Positions 1 through 9,882 of a stretch of 64,000 nt of DNA are shown here, one piece after another. Source of the stretch: Dehalococcoidia bacterium (GTDB lineage Bacteria > Chloroflexota > Dehalococcoidia > Lucifugimonadales > UBA1123); NCBI GenBank assembly GCA_034428835.1, contig DAOUHG010000028.1, forward strand, positions 19,742 to 83,741, read 5' to 3'. Numbering within the stretch: the first letter of the stretch is position 1; each line of letters begins with the position of its first letter. Below the pieces are notes generated by a model. It was not told the DNA's origin. It saw nothing but the letters and a program-made list of their open reading frames with translations, and made no database searches. The position numbers and the translations under genes were made by a program.

Positions 1-441
1 CGCGAGGGCGAATGTCCTGAGTACCAGACGTCTCTCAACCCAGAATGCAATTGGAAACTTCCTCAGCATGTACCACGAGTGCCATGCCAGCAACGGCACG
101 ACCGCGGCGCCCGCGTAGATGTGCCAGCTCATTCCGCTGAACAGCCACCACCGGTACGACCCGCCTATGGACCAGACAAGCCCCAGCGCCATGGTCGCCA
201 CCAGGCCCACCACCAATGCCAGTGAAGCCACTCGCACTGAACCTGCTCGCGGCCACTTCAACGACCTGAGTACGTTTAACAGCTTCCAGGCACCGACCAC
301 GAGGATACCGTATCCTGCAATGCGGTGAATCTGGATTTGAAACGCCCGTTCCTCAGACCCTGACGTCAGCCCGAAGAAACCCGACGCCAGCTCAAGGAAC
401 AGGAATAGCAGCAGGAGTATGTTCGCCCACGGAAAGCGCAT
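1..441 (-). CDS. integral membrane protein, N-terminal part (CDS continues past window start)
   Basis: Absent from the ORF track because no stop lies in the window. Hand translation from ATG (441..439) gives MRFPWANILLLLFLFLELASGFFGLTSG...IAGYGILVVGAWKLL...VASLALVVGLVATMALGLVW...HIYAGAAVVPLLAWHSWY, open to base 1, with at least four hydrophobic helices. Any resemblance to membrane domains of molybdopterin oxidoreductases is only an impression. Confidence 0.5.
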   Translation of the reverse strand, partial: MRFPWANILLLLFLFLELASGFFGLTSGSEERAFQIQIHRIAGYGILVVGAWKLLNVLRSLKWPRAGSVRVASLALVVGLVATMALGLVWSIGGSYRWWLFSGMSWHIYAGAAVVPLLAWHSWYMLRKFPIAFWVERRLVLRTFALA

Positions 442-491
442 CCAGACCTCTTCGGCCCGTACCCTAGTTGGTCAGAACTCCTCGGAGTTTC

Positions 492-806
492 TCATCGGGA
501 GCATGGATCATAGCCATGCTCTTTCAGACGAATGTACGACTTCCGTCTTTCGCAATCGGTGAACAGGTCCCTGTATAGTTCTTGGAGAACCAGAGCTTCT
601 GCCGATAGATCGAGTCGTTCTATAAAGTAGAGTTCGGTCAATCCAGACTGAAGTTTGGGCGTGCTGATTAATCGTTTGTCTGCCCCCACTCCACCATGTT
701 CTGAGATCATCTGCAAAAAGTAAGTAGCGATGTAGCCGTGTTCCTTCGCAGCATGGTAGCTGTTTACCATCGCCTGATGAAACTTGGCTTCCAGATTCTC
801 GCCCAT
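492..806 (-). CDS. hypothetical protein (104 aa)
   Basis: ORF MGENLEAKFHQAMVNSYHAAKEHGYIATYFLQMISEHGG... has balanced composition and ends 50 nt upstream of the partial membrane CDS. No family recognised with confidence. Confidence 0.45.
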   Translation of the reverse strand: MGENLEAKFHQAMVNSYHAAKEHGYIATYFLQMISEHGGVGADKRLISTPKLQSGLTELYFIERLDLSAEALVLQELYRDLFTDCERRKSYIRLKEHGYDPCSR

Positions 807-1029
807 TTGCCACGCTCTATATGAATCTACTTACGACCGGATAAACTGCTTCCACACCTTTTGCAGAAGTTGGCTGTCGCGTCTAGGTGGTCAGATATGA
901 TTCGGCACTCTGCCAGCCATCACTATGTGCGTCCATCACTATGTGTGTCATGGATAGTAGGGACCAAGCTAGGTTCTGCCATCGACTCATTATCGGTTCT
1001 GAGTCATAATCTCTCACGCTTGGCGTCCC

Positions 1030-1458
1030 CTACGCTGCCCAGTCCTCCACGACAAGCATTCGCCCCACGGCCTTCAGCGCGTTCATCACCTGCGTCATGT
1101 GAGAGCCGTAGTCGAGGTCAAGCAGCTTGGCGACCGCGGATTCTTTCAGCCCCAGCCGATTTGCCAATTCAGACTGTAATATGCCCTGCTCTCGCATCGC
1201 CGTGTACAGCGCGAGTTTCGCCGCCACCACCGGTGGGAGAGCTATTGGATACTGTCCATCTGTCGCGCTGCCGGGAGTAGGAATGTCCCGCCCCAGGTAA
1301 ACGTAGGCTCCCATAGCGGCCTGCAATGCGTCTTCTGCCATCTCCAGTGCCTCCTCTCGACTGTCGCCGCAAGTCAACGCGCCCTTAACATCCGGAAATG
1401 AAACGTAGACCCCCCCTCCCTCTTCAGGATGAAGGATGCACGGGTAAACGTAGCGCAT
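1030..1458 (-). CDS. hicB: HicB-family antitoxin with C-terminal HTH
   Basis: 142 aa. HicB-like N-terminus YPCILHPEEGGGVYVSFPDVKGALTCGDSREEALEMAEDAL and HTH-like QSELANRLGLKESAVAKLL. Starts 4 nt after the hicA stop. Confidence 0.8.
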   Translation of the reverse strand: MRYVYPCILHPEEGGGVYVSFPDVKGALTCGDSREEALEMAEDALQAAMGAYVYLGRDIPTPGSATDGQYPIALPPVVAAKLALYTAMREQGILQSELANRLGLKESAVAKLLDLDYGSHMTQVMNALKAVGRMLVVEDWAA

Positions 1459-1461
1459 GGA

Positions 1462-1668
1462 TTAGAACTCCTCCCTGTCGATGTGCAAGTCCCTAAGCAT
1501 GGATGCGAGAAGCCCGGTTCTAAGCTCACCGTGCGGTACAGTGGTCAGGAATTCACCAAGATACACTCGGCCATGACTTCCCTTGCCCTGACGAGTGTCG
1601 AAATAGAACTCCTGCCCCGTTCTTCGAGCATATCGCCTGGCCCGCCTGACGAATTCTCTACCGTTCAT
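1462..1668 (-). CDS. hicA: HicA-family toxin (mRNA interferase)
   Basis: 68 aa, YcfA/HicA pattern ...GKGSHGRVYLG..TTVPHGELRTGLLASMLRDLHI. Lies immediately upstream of hicB. Confidence 0.8.
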   Translation of the reverse strand: MNGREFVRRARRYARRTGQEFYFDTRQGKGSHGRVYLGEFLTTVPHGELRTGLLASMLRDLHIDREEF

Positions 1669-1706
1669 CTCTCAATTGTGGCAGCGTACCGGTCGAGAGA
1701 CAAGCG

Positions 1707-2642
1707 TTACCCGGCGCTCGCCATGACCTCCACCAACTCCCGAACCGCCTCGGCCGAGTTCTCCAACGCCGCCTGTTCGTCGTTGGTCAGATCGAACTCG
1801 ATGATCTCCTCGATTCCCGCGCCGCCAAGTCGCAGCGGCACGCCGACGAACAGCCCGTCGATTCCGTACTCGCCTTCGAGGTAAGCGGTGCAGGGGAGTA
1901 TCTCCTGCCTGTCGAACAGGATCGCCTCGACCATCTGCATGATCGCCGCTGACGGCGCGTAGTATGCGCTTCCCGTCTTGAGGAGGTTGACTATCTCAGC
2001 GCCCCCGTCCTGGGTGCGCTTAACTATCTCGGCGATCCGCTCTTCCGACAGCACCTGCGCGATCTGCCTACCGCCGACCGTAGTGCTTGCCGTCACCGGG
2101 ACCATCGTGTCGCCGTGACCTCCGAGTACGTATGCTTCCACGGAGTTCACCGACACGTTGAGCTCCTCAGCAAGAAACGTCCGGAACCGCGCGGTGTCCA
2201 GAATCCCTGCCATGCCTACGACTCTCTCCTTGGGGAAGCCGCTCACCTGAAACGCCCTCTGAGCCATCGCGTCAAGTGGGTTTGTCACGATTACGAGTAT
2301 CGAACCGGGTGATGCCGCAACCACCGATTCGGTCACCGACGTCACGATGTTCATGTTCGTGAGCAGCAGGTCGTCTCGGCTCATGCCAGGTCGACGTGCA
2401 ATGCCCGACGTTATAACGACCACATCCGATCCCGCCGTGTCGGCATAATCATTCGTGCCGACCACCTTGGCGTCCGTGCCCAATACAGGACCGGACTCAA
2501 GCATGTCCAGAGCCTTGCCCTGTGGCAGGCCCTCTACGATATCGACCAGCACCACGTCTGCGTAGCCCCTGTCATATATGCGCTGGGCGGCTGTCGCGCC
2601 GACGTTGCCCGCGCCAACGATTGTCACCTTGCTCCTTGCCAT
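1707..2642 (-). CDS. mdh: malate dehydrogenase (LDH-like type)
   Basis: 311 aa. Rossmann motif [10 protein letters not shown], then [17 protein letters not shown] and GGHGDTMVP, typical of LDH-like MDH. Confidence 0.9.
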   Translation of the reverse strand: MARSKVTIVGAGNVGATAAQRIYDRGYADVVLVDIVEGLPQGKALDMLESGPVLGTDAKVVGTNDYADTAGSDVVVITSGIARRPGMSRDDLLLTNMNIVTSVTESVVAASPGSILVIVTNPLDAMAQRAFQVSGFPKERVVGMAGILDTARFRTFLAEELNVSVNSVEAYVLGGHGDTMVPVTASTTVGGRQIAQVLSEERIAEIVKRTQDGGAEIVNLLKTGSAYYAPSAAIMQMVEAILFDRQEILPCTAYLEGEYGIDGLFVGVPLRLGGAGIEEIIEFDLTNDEQAALENSAEAVRELVEVMASAG

Positions 2643-2683
2643 CTATTCGAACCTCCGGCGCGTCCGCGCCTCTCTTACGTCTG

Positions 2684-2717
2684 AAGGGGGCGGGTCACAA
2701 GTCGTACCCGCCCCCTT
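2684..2717 (-). terminator. 12-bp GC-rich stem-loop between icd and mdh (no clear U-tract)
   Basis: aagggggcgggt (2684-2695) pairs with acccgccccctt (2706-2717) around a 10-nt loop. It sits in the 115-nt icd-mdh spacer. It could be an attenuator or RNA-stability element rather than a true terminator. Confidence 0.3.
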
Positions 2718-2757
2718 TACCTTAACTGCCTAAACCGCTTCGAGCCTCGGCCGCTGC

Positions 2758-3966
2758 TTAACTGCCTGCTTCGACGTACTCCTGCCACCGGTCCTCGATG
2801 GTCGAGTCGGCCACGGTTTCCATCAGGTATCGTCCGAACTCCGCGCTTGTCGCGCCGGTATCGCGGCCGGTCATCACTATCTTGCGTTCGTACTGCCCAC
2901 AGACGTCGATCGCCTTGTGCAGTCGGGCGCCAATGTCAGTGTAGCCGATGTGCTCCAGCATCATCGCGCCGGCGCGCAGCAGCGAGCTGGGATCGGCGAA
3001 TTGGGCGCGTCCCGTCCTGACCATCCGCGGCGCGCTGCCGTGAATTGCCTCGAACATCGCGTACTGCTTGCCGACGTTCGCGCTCCCGGCCGTGCCGACC
3101 CCGCCCTGTATCTGCGCCGCCTCGTCGGTGAGTATGTCACCATACAGGTTGGGCAGAGCCAGGACCTGGAAGTCCTTCTGACGGGCCGGGTTTATCAGCG
3201 CGGCCGTCATGATGTCGATGTACCAGCCTTCCCACTCGATACCGGGGTAGTTCTCCGAGACCTCTCGGGCCATGTCCAGGAACTTGCCGTCGGTGGTCTT
3301 GACGATGTTCGCCTTTGTGACGATAGTCACGCTGTCTTTGCCGGTCCGCTGCGCATGTGCGAACGCCGCGTCGATGATCCGCCTTGATCCCTGCGAAGTT
3401 ATCACCCGGAAATCCATGCCCAGGTCTTCTGTGACGTGGATCCCCTGGCTTCCCACCGCGTACATGTCCTCGGTGTTCTCTCGGAAGAATGTCCAGTCGA
3501 TGCCCTGAGAAGGGATCCGGACAGGCCTGATATTCGCGAACAGATCGAGCTCCTTGCGCATCGACACGTTTGCGCTCTCTATGTTCGGCCACCCGTCGCC
3601 CTGCTCGGGTGTGTGGGTCGGTCCCTTCAGCGTTACGTGGCACTTTTTGATCTCGGCCAACACGTCGTCAGGGATGGACTGCATCTTCTCTGCGCGGTTC
3701 TCGATTGTCAGGCCGTCGATGACCCTGAACTCGACTTTGCCGGAATCAACCTCGCCCCGCAGCAAGTGCTCCAGGACTGTCTGCGTTTCGGCACTGATCG
3801 ACGGACCGATCCCGTCGCCGCCGAGCATCCCGACGACAATGGGAGATATGGAGGAATAGTCTACCCAATCGGGCTCGTTCTTGAGGCGCTCCACCCGCTC
3901 CAGCTGCTGCGCCACAACCTTGCCGAAGTGTTCTTTGGCGGCCTCTATGATCTGATTGTCAGCCAC
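2758..3966 (-). CDS. icd: isocitrate dehydrogenase (isocitrate/isopropylmalate dehydrogenase family)
   Basis: 402 aa with GDGIGPSI and NLYGDILTDEAAQIQGGVGTAGSANVG. Size and the mdh neighbour favour NADP-IDH, but substrate cannot be proven by eye. Confidence 0.75.
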   Translation of the reverse strand: MADNQIIEAAKEHFGKVVAQQLERVERLKNEPDWVDYSSISPIVVGMLGGDGIGPSISAETQTVLEHLLRGEVDSGKVEFRVIDGLTIENRAEKMQSIPDDVLAEIKKCHVTLKGPTHTPEQGDGWPNIESANVSMRKELDLFANIRPVRIPSQGIDWTFFRENTEDMYAVGSQGIHVTEDLGMDFRVITSQGSRRIIDAAFAHAQRTGKDSVTIVTKANIVKTTDGKFLDMAREVSENYPGIEWEGWYIDIMTAALINPARQKDFQVLALPNLYGDILTDEAAQIQGGVGTAGSANVGKQYAMFEAIHGSAPRMVRTGRAQFADPSSLLRAGAMMLEHIGYTDIGARLHKAIDVCGQYERKIVMTGRDTGATSAEFGRYLMETVADSTIEDRWQEYVEAGS

Positions 3967-4018
3967 GATAGGCTCCTTTCCTGATGTTCGTCAGGTCATT
4001 CCGACCTGATTGAGATTC

Positions 4019-5863
4019 CTAAGTTTGAATTACGGCGAGCACCTGATTCCGGCTAACCTGGACGCCAGGAGCTACGGGCAAAGATGAGACTGTGCCGTCC
4101 GAAGGGCTGGGAATTGAATTCTGCATCTTCATAGCCTCTAGCACCAGTAGGGGCTGACCAGCGCTGACCTGCTGTCCCTCTTCGACTGCCAGACTCACGA
4201 GAATCCCCGGCATTGGAGCCGCCACCTGGACTTCACCCTCAGTGGGTTGCGAAGTGACCTGATCGGGAGTTGGCGTGGTGGCAGCGATTCCTCTAGGGCC
4301 TGCCGGAGTACGGTGCGATGGCGCAGCACCGATGTCGCCGCCTACTGGATCAACGTGCACTTCGAAGAATTGGTCGCCCACGTACACGTTGAAACGCCGT
4401 GCGCTCGCACTTCGAGGGGGCGCCTCAGATGCTGGCTGTGACTCTTCGGATGTTGTCGCAGCCTTCTCATCCTCGACGGGAGCCGGATAGATGCCATGCT
4501 TGATTCGCAGGAAGCGTTCACCGGTCTGCGGATATAGAGCGTATGTCAGCACGTCATCAATGTCGGTGGTCAAGCCCGCGACAGCTTCCCTGGCGGAGTC
4601 TAACTCCGGCTCTATCGCGTCTCCAGGTCGATCGGGGCTGGTGTCTGGAGCTTCAACCCCCTCGCCTCTCAGCTTATCGACAAGCTCGTCGCTCAACTCA
4701 GAGACGGGCTTGCCATAGCCGCCGTTAACGTATTCTTTTACCGGCTCCGAAACAGCGACATAGCGACCGAAAAGAACGTTGCTGACTGCTTGCGCTCCGA
4801 CCATCTGGCTCATCGGAGTGACCAGCGGGGGATACCCCAGGTCGGCACGGGTCCGAGGAATCTCCTTCAGCACCTCGTTAAGCCTGTCCACGGCTCCAGC
4901 CTCTCTTAGCTGGGACACCATGTTGGACGCCATACCGCCGGGTATCTGGTGCTTCAGCACGCCGGGGTCTATTACCGCCGCACGGGTAGGCTGCATGTGC
5001 TCCGCGTACTTTGGGAGCACTGCTTCTAGTTGGTCGCCTATCTCCAGAAGCGAGTCGATGTCGACTCCAGGATCGCGCTCAGTCCCGCCCAGGGCTACCG
5101 CGATGGGTTCCACCGCAGGCTGCGACGTCCGCAGCGCCAGTGGCGCCAGGCAGACATCCAGAATGTCGAGGCCCGCTTCGACTGCCTTTAGCGCGCTCAT
5201 GGATGCCATCCCGCTCGTGTAGTGACAGTGAAGCTGGATTAGGAGGTCGCTGTCCTCCTTGAGCGCGGTCACGATTTTGTATGCGTCGTATGGGGCCAGC
5301 AGACCGCCCATGTCCTTGATGCAGATACTGTCCGCGCCCATGTTCCGCAGACTTCGTGCTTTGGACCTGTAGTAGTCCAGGTTGTAAATTGGCCCGCCCA
5401 TCCGGCCTTCGTCGGTGACCGTGTAGCAAATTGCGAGTTGAAGATGCTTTCCGGCGCGTTTGATTGCCGCAGCGGCGCGTTCCAGGTTCGGCTCGTAGTT
5501 CAGGGCGTCGAAAACCCTGAATATGTCTATTCCGTTCTCGGCGGAACGTTCCACAAACGCATCCACCACATCATCGGCGTAGTTGCGGTAACCGACTAAT
5601 GACTGGCCTCGCAGCAGCATCGAGAGCGGCGTTTTGGGCATGAGCGACTTGAAAGTCCGCAGCCGCTCCCACGGGTCTTCCAATAGAAACCGAGTCGCGC
5701 TGTCGAAGGTCGCTCCCCCCCAGACCTCCATGGAGTAGAACCCTATAGAGTCCATCGCCTGCGCCAGCGGCGCCATGTCCTCGATCCGCAGCCGCGTCGC
5801 CATCAGGCTCTGGTGCGCGTCCCTGAATGTGGTGTCGCTGAGTTTGAGGGGAGTTCCGTTCAT
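4019..5863 (-). CDS. 5S-type carboxyltransferase with C-terminal biotinyl domain (OadA / PycB / transcarboxylase 5S-like)
   Basis: LKLSDTTFRDAHQSLMATRL TIM-barrel N-terminus, long P/A/T linker, and biotinylation motif EAMKMQ (Lys codon 4127-4129). Start placed at ATG 5863, which overlaps the upstream stop (ATGA). The track's GTG at 5911 is possible but less likely. Confidence 0.85.
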   Translation of the reverse strand: MNGTPLKLSDTTFRDAHQSLMATRLRIEDMAPLAQAMDSIGFYSMEVWGGATFDSATRFLLEDPWERLRTFKSLMPKTPLSMLLRGQSLVGYRNYADDVVDAFVERSAENGIDIFRVFDALNYEPNLERAAAAIKRAGKHLQLAICYTVTDEGRMGGPIYNLDYYRSKARSLRNMGADSICIKDMGGLLAPYDAYKIVTALKEDSDLLIQLHCHYTSGMASMSALKAVEAGLDILDVCLAPLALRTSQPAVEPIAVALGGTERDPGVDIDSLLEIGDQLEAVLPKYAEHMQPTRAAVIDPGVLKHQIPGGMASNMVSQLREAGAVDRLNEVLKEIPRTRADLGYPPLVTPMSQMVGAQAVSNVLFGRYVAVSEPVKEYVNGGYGKPVSELSDELVDKLRGEGVEAPDTSPDRPGDAIEPELDSAREAVAGLTTDIDDVLTYALYPQTGERFLRIKHGIYPAPVEDEKAATTSEESQPASEAPPRSASARRFNVYVGDQFFEVHVDPVGGDIGAAPSHRTPAGPRGIAATTPTPDQVTSQPTEGEVQVAAPMPGILVSLAVEEGQQVSAGQPLLVLEAMKMQNSIPSPSDGTVSSLPVAPGVQVSRNQVLAVIQT

Positions 5864-6102
5864 GTGTACCTGAATCTTGTCGTAGGCTGCGACCAGTCCC
5901 GCCCGCGCCACGACACGTTAGCGCCGAATCCTCGGACCGTCCGCTGGCCGGCCAGAGCCATTCGCCATGACGACACACCACGCCTCGGCGTTGGTGCCTG
6001 CACCTGCAGTTCACTCTCGAGATATGCTTGGACAGCGGCAATCGCAGCAGCGACGACTTCGCCGTAGATCCCGTCTGATCCGTTGAGCGTCGCCGAGGTC
6101 AA
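5860..6102 (-). CDS. small coupled ORF, acyl-CoA carboxylase epsilon / OadG-like (tentative)
   Basis: 80 aa. It exactly fills the gap between the 12S and 5S genes. Its TTG start overlaps the 12S stop (TTGA) and its stop overlaps the 5S ATG (ATGA). The segments [15 protein letters not shown] and SSWR..SWRGR resemble small subunits of biotin enzymes. Confidence 0.45.
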   Translation of the reverse strand: MTSATLNGSDGIYGEVVAAAIAAVQAYLESELQVQAPTPRRGVSSWRMALAGQRTVRGFGANVSWRGRDWSQPTTRFRYT

Positions 6103-7658
6103 AGTGGAATGCTCCCATGCTTCTTGGGAGGGAGCTGCTCACGCTTGTTTTCAAGCATCTTCAGCGAGGCAATGATCTTCGGACGAGTATCGAGCGGGTC
6201 TATCACGTCGTCAATCATCCCCCGCGCCGCCGCCGCGTATGGGTTCATCAGACGCTGCTCATAGTCGGCGACCAATTCCGCCCGGGTCGAATCAGGATCA
6301 TCGGATGCTCGAATCTCGTTTCTGTGAATGATATTTACCGCGCCACCCGCGCCCATTACCGCAACCTCACCCGTCGGCCACGCAAAGTTGACGTCACCGG
6401 TCAGGTTCTTGCTGCTCATGACGATGTACGCCCCGCCGTAAGCCTTGCGCGTCAGCACGCTTATTTTTGGCACCGTGGCCTCGGCGTATGCGAATATCAG
6501 CTTTGCGCCGTGCCGGATTATGCCGCCGTACTCCTGGTTGGTGCCGGGCATGAACCCGGGCACGTCTATGAAAGTAACCAATGGAATGTTGAAAGCATCG
6601 CAGAAGCGGACGAACCTGGCCGACTTTACCGAGGCGTCTATGTCAAGCACCCCCGCAAGCCGACCGGGCTGGTTCCCCACTATGCCTACCGTCCGTCCGT
6701 CGAATCGGGCAAAACCCACCACTATGTTCGGAGCGAAGTTCTCATGTATCTGCATGAACTCGCTGTCGTCGACTACACGATGAATCACGTCCAGCATGTC
6801 ATACGGCTGGCTCCGATTGTCTGGTATGACGTAGGCGAGGTCTCCGTCTCGTCTCTCAGGATCGTCGGTTGGCTGCCTCCTCGGCGGGTCCTCCATGTTA
6901 TTGAGTGGTAGAAACGACAGCAGTCGCCTCACCTCCGACAAGCACGCCTCCTCACCCTCGACCGCGAAGTGCGCGACGCCACTGCGTGAGGCATGAGCGT
7001 TCGCGCCGCCCAACTCCTCGTGACTGACGTTCTCTCCCGTGACCGAACGGATCACATCCGGCCCTGTGATGTACATCTGCCCGATTCCCGACGCCATGAA
7101 AATGAAGTCGGTCAGGGCAGGGGAGTAGGTTGCGCCGCCGGCCGCCGGCCCTAGTATCACCGAAATCTGCGGCACCACTCCCGACGCCCACACGTTCTTG
7201 TGGAAAATCGAGCTGTACCCACCCAGGCTATCCACGCCCTCTTGGATGCGCGCGCCGCCTGAATCGATGAGGCCGACGATAGGAGCGCCTGCAGTCGTGG
7301 ACAGGTCCATCACCTTGCATATCTTCTGCGCCACGGCTTCCGAGAGCGAGCCGCCGAGCACGGTGAAGTCCTGCGCATAGACGAACACAAGCCGCCCTTC
7401 CACCTGCCCGTATCCTGTAACTACGGCATCGCCTAGGAAGTGCTGGTCCGCGAGCCCGAAGTCAGTTGCGCGATGGACTACAAACGTGTCCAGTTCCTGG
7501 AACGTGCCGTCGTCGAGAAGCAGGTTGATTCGCTCCCGCGCCGTCAGCTTTCCTCGGCTGTGCTGGGCGTCGATTCGCCTCTGACCGCCGCCTAGCAGAG
7601 ACTGCTCGCGCATGCTGCGCAATTGGGCGCGACTGTCAACTTTGCGTCTAATGACCAT
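6099..7658 (-). CDS. acyl-CoA carboxyltransferase beta subunit (propionyl-CoA carboxylase beta / transcarboxylase 12S family)
   Basis: 519 aa with [37 protein letters not shown] and [12 protein letters not shown], typical of the family. Confidence 0.9.
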   Translation of the reverse strand: MVIRRKVDSRAQLRSMREQSLLGGGQRRIDAQHSRGKLTARERINLLLDDGTFQELDTFVVHRATDFGLADQHFLGDAVVTGYGQVEGRLVFVYAQDFTVLGGSLSEAVAQKICKVMDLSTTAGAPIVGLIDSGGARIQEGVDSLGGYSSIFHKNVWASGVVPQISVILGPAAGGATYSPALTDFIFMASGIGQMYITGPDVIRSVTGENVSHEELGGANAHASRSGVAHFAVEGEEACLSEVRRLLSFLPLNNMEDPPRRQPTDDPERRDGDLAYVIPDNRSQPYDMLDVIHRVVDDSEFMQIHENFAPNIVVGFARFDGRTVGIVGNQPGRLAGVLDIDASVKSARFVRFCDAFNIPLVTFIDVPGFMPGTNQEYGGIIRHGAKLIFAYAEATVPKISVLTRKAYGGAYIVMSSKNLTGDVNFAWPTGEVAVMGAGGAVNIIHRNEIRASDDPDSTRAELVADYEQRLMNPYAAAARGMIDDVIDPLDTRPKIIASLKMLENKREQLPPKKHGSIPL

Positions 7659-8023
7659 GCTCGGTTGGAACTGGAATTGACCCTACGAAATTCTGCATCA
7701 GTGTAGCTATATTCCCGACAGCGGGCAAGATTTATCCACTTGCATCCCAGTCCTACAGCATAGAAAATCACCAGGACATGAGGGGGAGCGGTCGTCACGC
7801 CCGCCGATGTTGGTCGTTAGTAAACTAAACAACAACCGTGGAAAGAGAACATGAGACCGGTCATTGCAGGCTGCGAATACTCTGGAACATCGACCGTGGA
7901 CGAGACGATCTCTGAGTTCGAGGCCAATATCGAGCCTCACCTTACCGAGGCCGGTCGCTCCAGAATTCTGCTCCACCGGAATTGGTAGGAGTGCAGGGTC
8001 GGCTGGTCCGTTAGCCCTGACGC

Positions 8024-9775
8024 CTACTGCCACGCCCGCCATCTGTTCGCAATCGGCATCCGGCGGTCCCTTCCGAAGTTTCGCGGTGTTATCTTGATTC
8101 CCGGCGCCGCTTGACGTCGCTTGTACTCGGACCTGTCCACTAGCCTGATCACGTGCTTGACTACCTCGGCGTCTTCGCCGGTCGCGACTATTTCCTCAAA
8201 GCTCATGTCGTCTTCAACGTACGCTTTGAGAATTGGGTCCAGGCGCTCATAAGGTGGCAGACTGTCCTCGTCGAACTGGTCCGGCCGCAGCTCCGCGCTG
8301 GGCGGCTTCTTGATCACTGAAACAGGAATAACGGGACTGTCCGACAGGCTGTTTCGATACTCCGAAAGCTCATAGCACATGACCTTTGGCACGTCTTTGA
8401 TAACTGCGAATCCGCCCGACATGTCTCCGTATATCGTCGCGTAGCCGGTCGCCATCTCGCTCTTGTTGCCGGTGGTGAGCACCAGCCATCCGAACTTGTT
8501 CGAAAGTGCCATTATCAGATTGCCCCTGATTCTGGACTGGATATTCTCTTCCGAGATGCCCCAGTCAGTGCCCTCGAACTGCGGCGCGAGTGTATCCAGC
8601 ATTGCCTCGAACGACTGCTCGATAGGCAGCGTCCACAGCTCTATCCCTAGATTGTCTGCCAGAAGTTTGGCATCGACTACGCTGCCCTCGGAGGAGAACC
8701 GGGACGGCATCGACACACCCACGACGTTCTCGCTGCCAAGTGCGTCCACCGCTATCGCAGCGACGAGGCTTGAGTCGATTCCGCCGGAAAGGGCCACAAG
8801 CACCTTCTCGAATCCGCACTTCCTGACGTAGTCGCGAGTCCCCAGCGTTAGTGCGCGGTAAACCTCCGCGGGGCCGTCGTAGAGATGCCCCGGCGGCGAC
8901 TTCGCCAGGCCTGTGAGGCTGCTTGCGCTGTCCCAATCTGATACAGCGACCACCTCCCCTCTCCCTAGCTGCCTGATCGATGCCGGGTCCTCCTTGCGAG
9001 GGCGTGGGTCCCGCAGCCGCGATCTGAACACCGCCTCAACGTCCAGATCGACGACCAGCAGGTCCTCCTCGAACTGGCTCGACGACGCTATCATCTCTCC
9101 AGTTGGATCGAACACCATGCTCCCGCCGTCAAATACGAGCTCATCCTGACCGCCGACCATGTTGACGTATGCCAGAAATACCTCGTTGTCAGCCGCCCGA
9201 GTGGCCAGCATCTTCTCTCGCGACCGCCACTTGCCCGCATGGAAAGGCGACCCGTTGATGTTGACTATTACCTCTGCTCCAACTGACCGTTGAACGACTG
9301 AGGGTCCGACCGCGTACCAGATGTCTTCGCAGATGTTGACTCCCACGGAAGTTCCGTCCAGAACGTACACTGGACAGAAGTCCCCGGATCTGAAGTAGCG
9401 GTCCTCGTCGAATACACCGTAATTGGGGAGGAACTGCTTGTGGTATGTGCCCACGAGTCGTCCGTCGTAGGCGACCGCGGCAGCGTTGTACACTTCTCCG
9501 CCTACAAAGTCAGCGAAGCCAACGATGACGGCAATGCCTTCCGACGCCTGTGTGATCCGGTCCATATACTGGCGATTCTCGGCCAGAAACTGCGGTTTAA
9601 GCAGCAGGTCCTCGGGCGGATAGCCGGGGACAGTGAGCTCGGGGAATGCTACGAGGTTAGCCCCTGATTCTTTGGCCTGATCTACGACCTCGAGAATCTT
9701 CGATGTGTTTCCAGGGAGGTCGCCAACCGTGACGTTTATCTGCGCCAGCGCGATTCTGAACTTTCGCATGGGCAT
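8024..9775 (-). CDS. nadE: glutamine-dependent NAD+ synthetase
   Basis: N-terminal CN-hydrolase domain (FRIALAQINVTVGD..FPEL) plus NAD synthetase domain (VLVALSGGIDSS). The start is uncertain: ATG 9775, ATG 9769 or TTG 9823. Confidence 0.9.
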   Translation of the reverse strand: MPMRKFRIALAQINVTVGDLPGNTSKILEVVDQAKESGANLVAFPELTVPGYPPEDLLLKPQFLAENRQYMDRITQASEGIAVIVGFADFVGGEVYNAAAVAYDGRLVGTYHKQFLPNYGVFDEDRYFRSGDFCPVYVLDGTSVGVNICEDIWYAVGPSVVQRSVGAEVIVNINGSPFHAGKWRSREKMLATRAADNEVFLAYVNMVGGQDELVFDGGSMVFDPTGEMIASSSQFEEDLLVVDLDVEAVFRSRLRDPRPRKEDPASIRQLGRGEVVAVSDWDSASSLTGLAKSPPGHLYDGPAEVYRALTLGTRDYVRKCGFEKVLVALSGGIDSSLVAAIAVDALGSENVVGVSMPSRFSSEGSVVDAKLLADNLGIELWTLPIEQSFEAMLDTLAPQFEGTDWGISEENIQSRIRGNLIMALSNKFGWLVLTTGNKSEMATGYATIYGDMSGGFAVIKDVPKVMCYELSEYRNSLSDSPVIPVSVIKKPPSAELRPDQFDEDSLPPYERLDPILKAYVEDDMSFEEIVATGEDAEVVKHVIRLVDRSEYKRRQAAPGIKITPRNFGRDRRMPIANRWRAWQ

Positions 9776-9882
9776 CTGCTGGCCTTGACGACTAGTTAGT
9801 GTGGTTGCCCGAGACCTGGGCAAATTGCATGTGATGTGGGCCTGGCAATTATGACACGCTCAAAGGAATCATTGCGCCGACA

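Noticed and set aside
35-328. Track ORFs 35..256(-) and 119..328(+) at the window start
   Set aside because: Both overlap the better-supported partial membrane-protein frame (1..441, minus strand) and have implausible composition.
5864-5911. Longer GTG-initiated version of the 5S carboxyltransferase (track ORF 4019..5911)
   Set aside because: The homologous N-termini I know begin a few residues before the ..DTTFRDAHQS motif. ATG 5863 forms an ATGA overlap with the upstream small ORF.
7851-7988. 45-codon ORF (MRPVIAGCEYSGTSTVDETISEF...) with a GGAAAGAG upstream, in the 12S/nadE spacer. It loosely resembles a degenerate P-loop N-terminus.
   Set aside because: It is too short, the Walker lysine is absent, and no family could be recognised. 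It may be a gene remnant, but the evidence is insufficient to call it.
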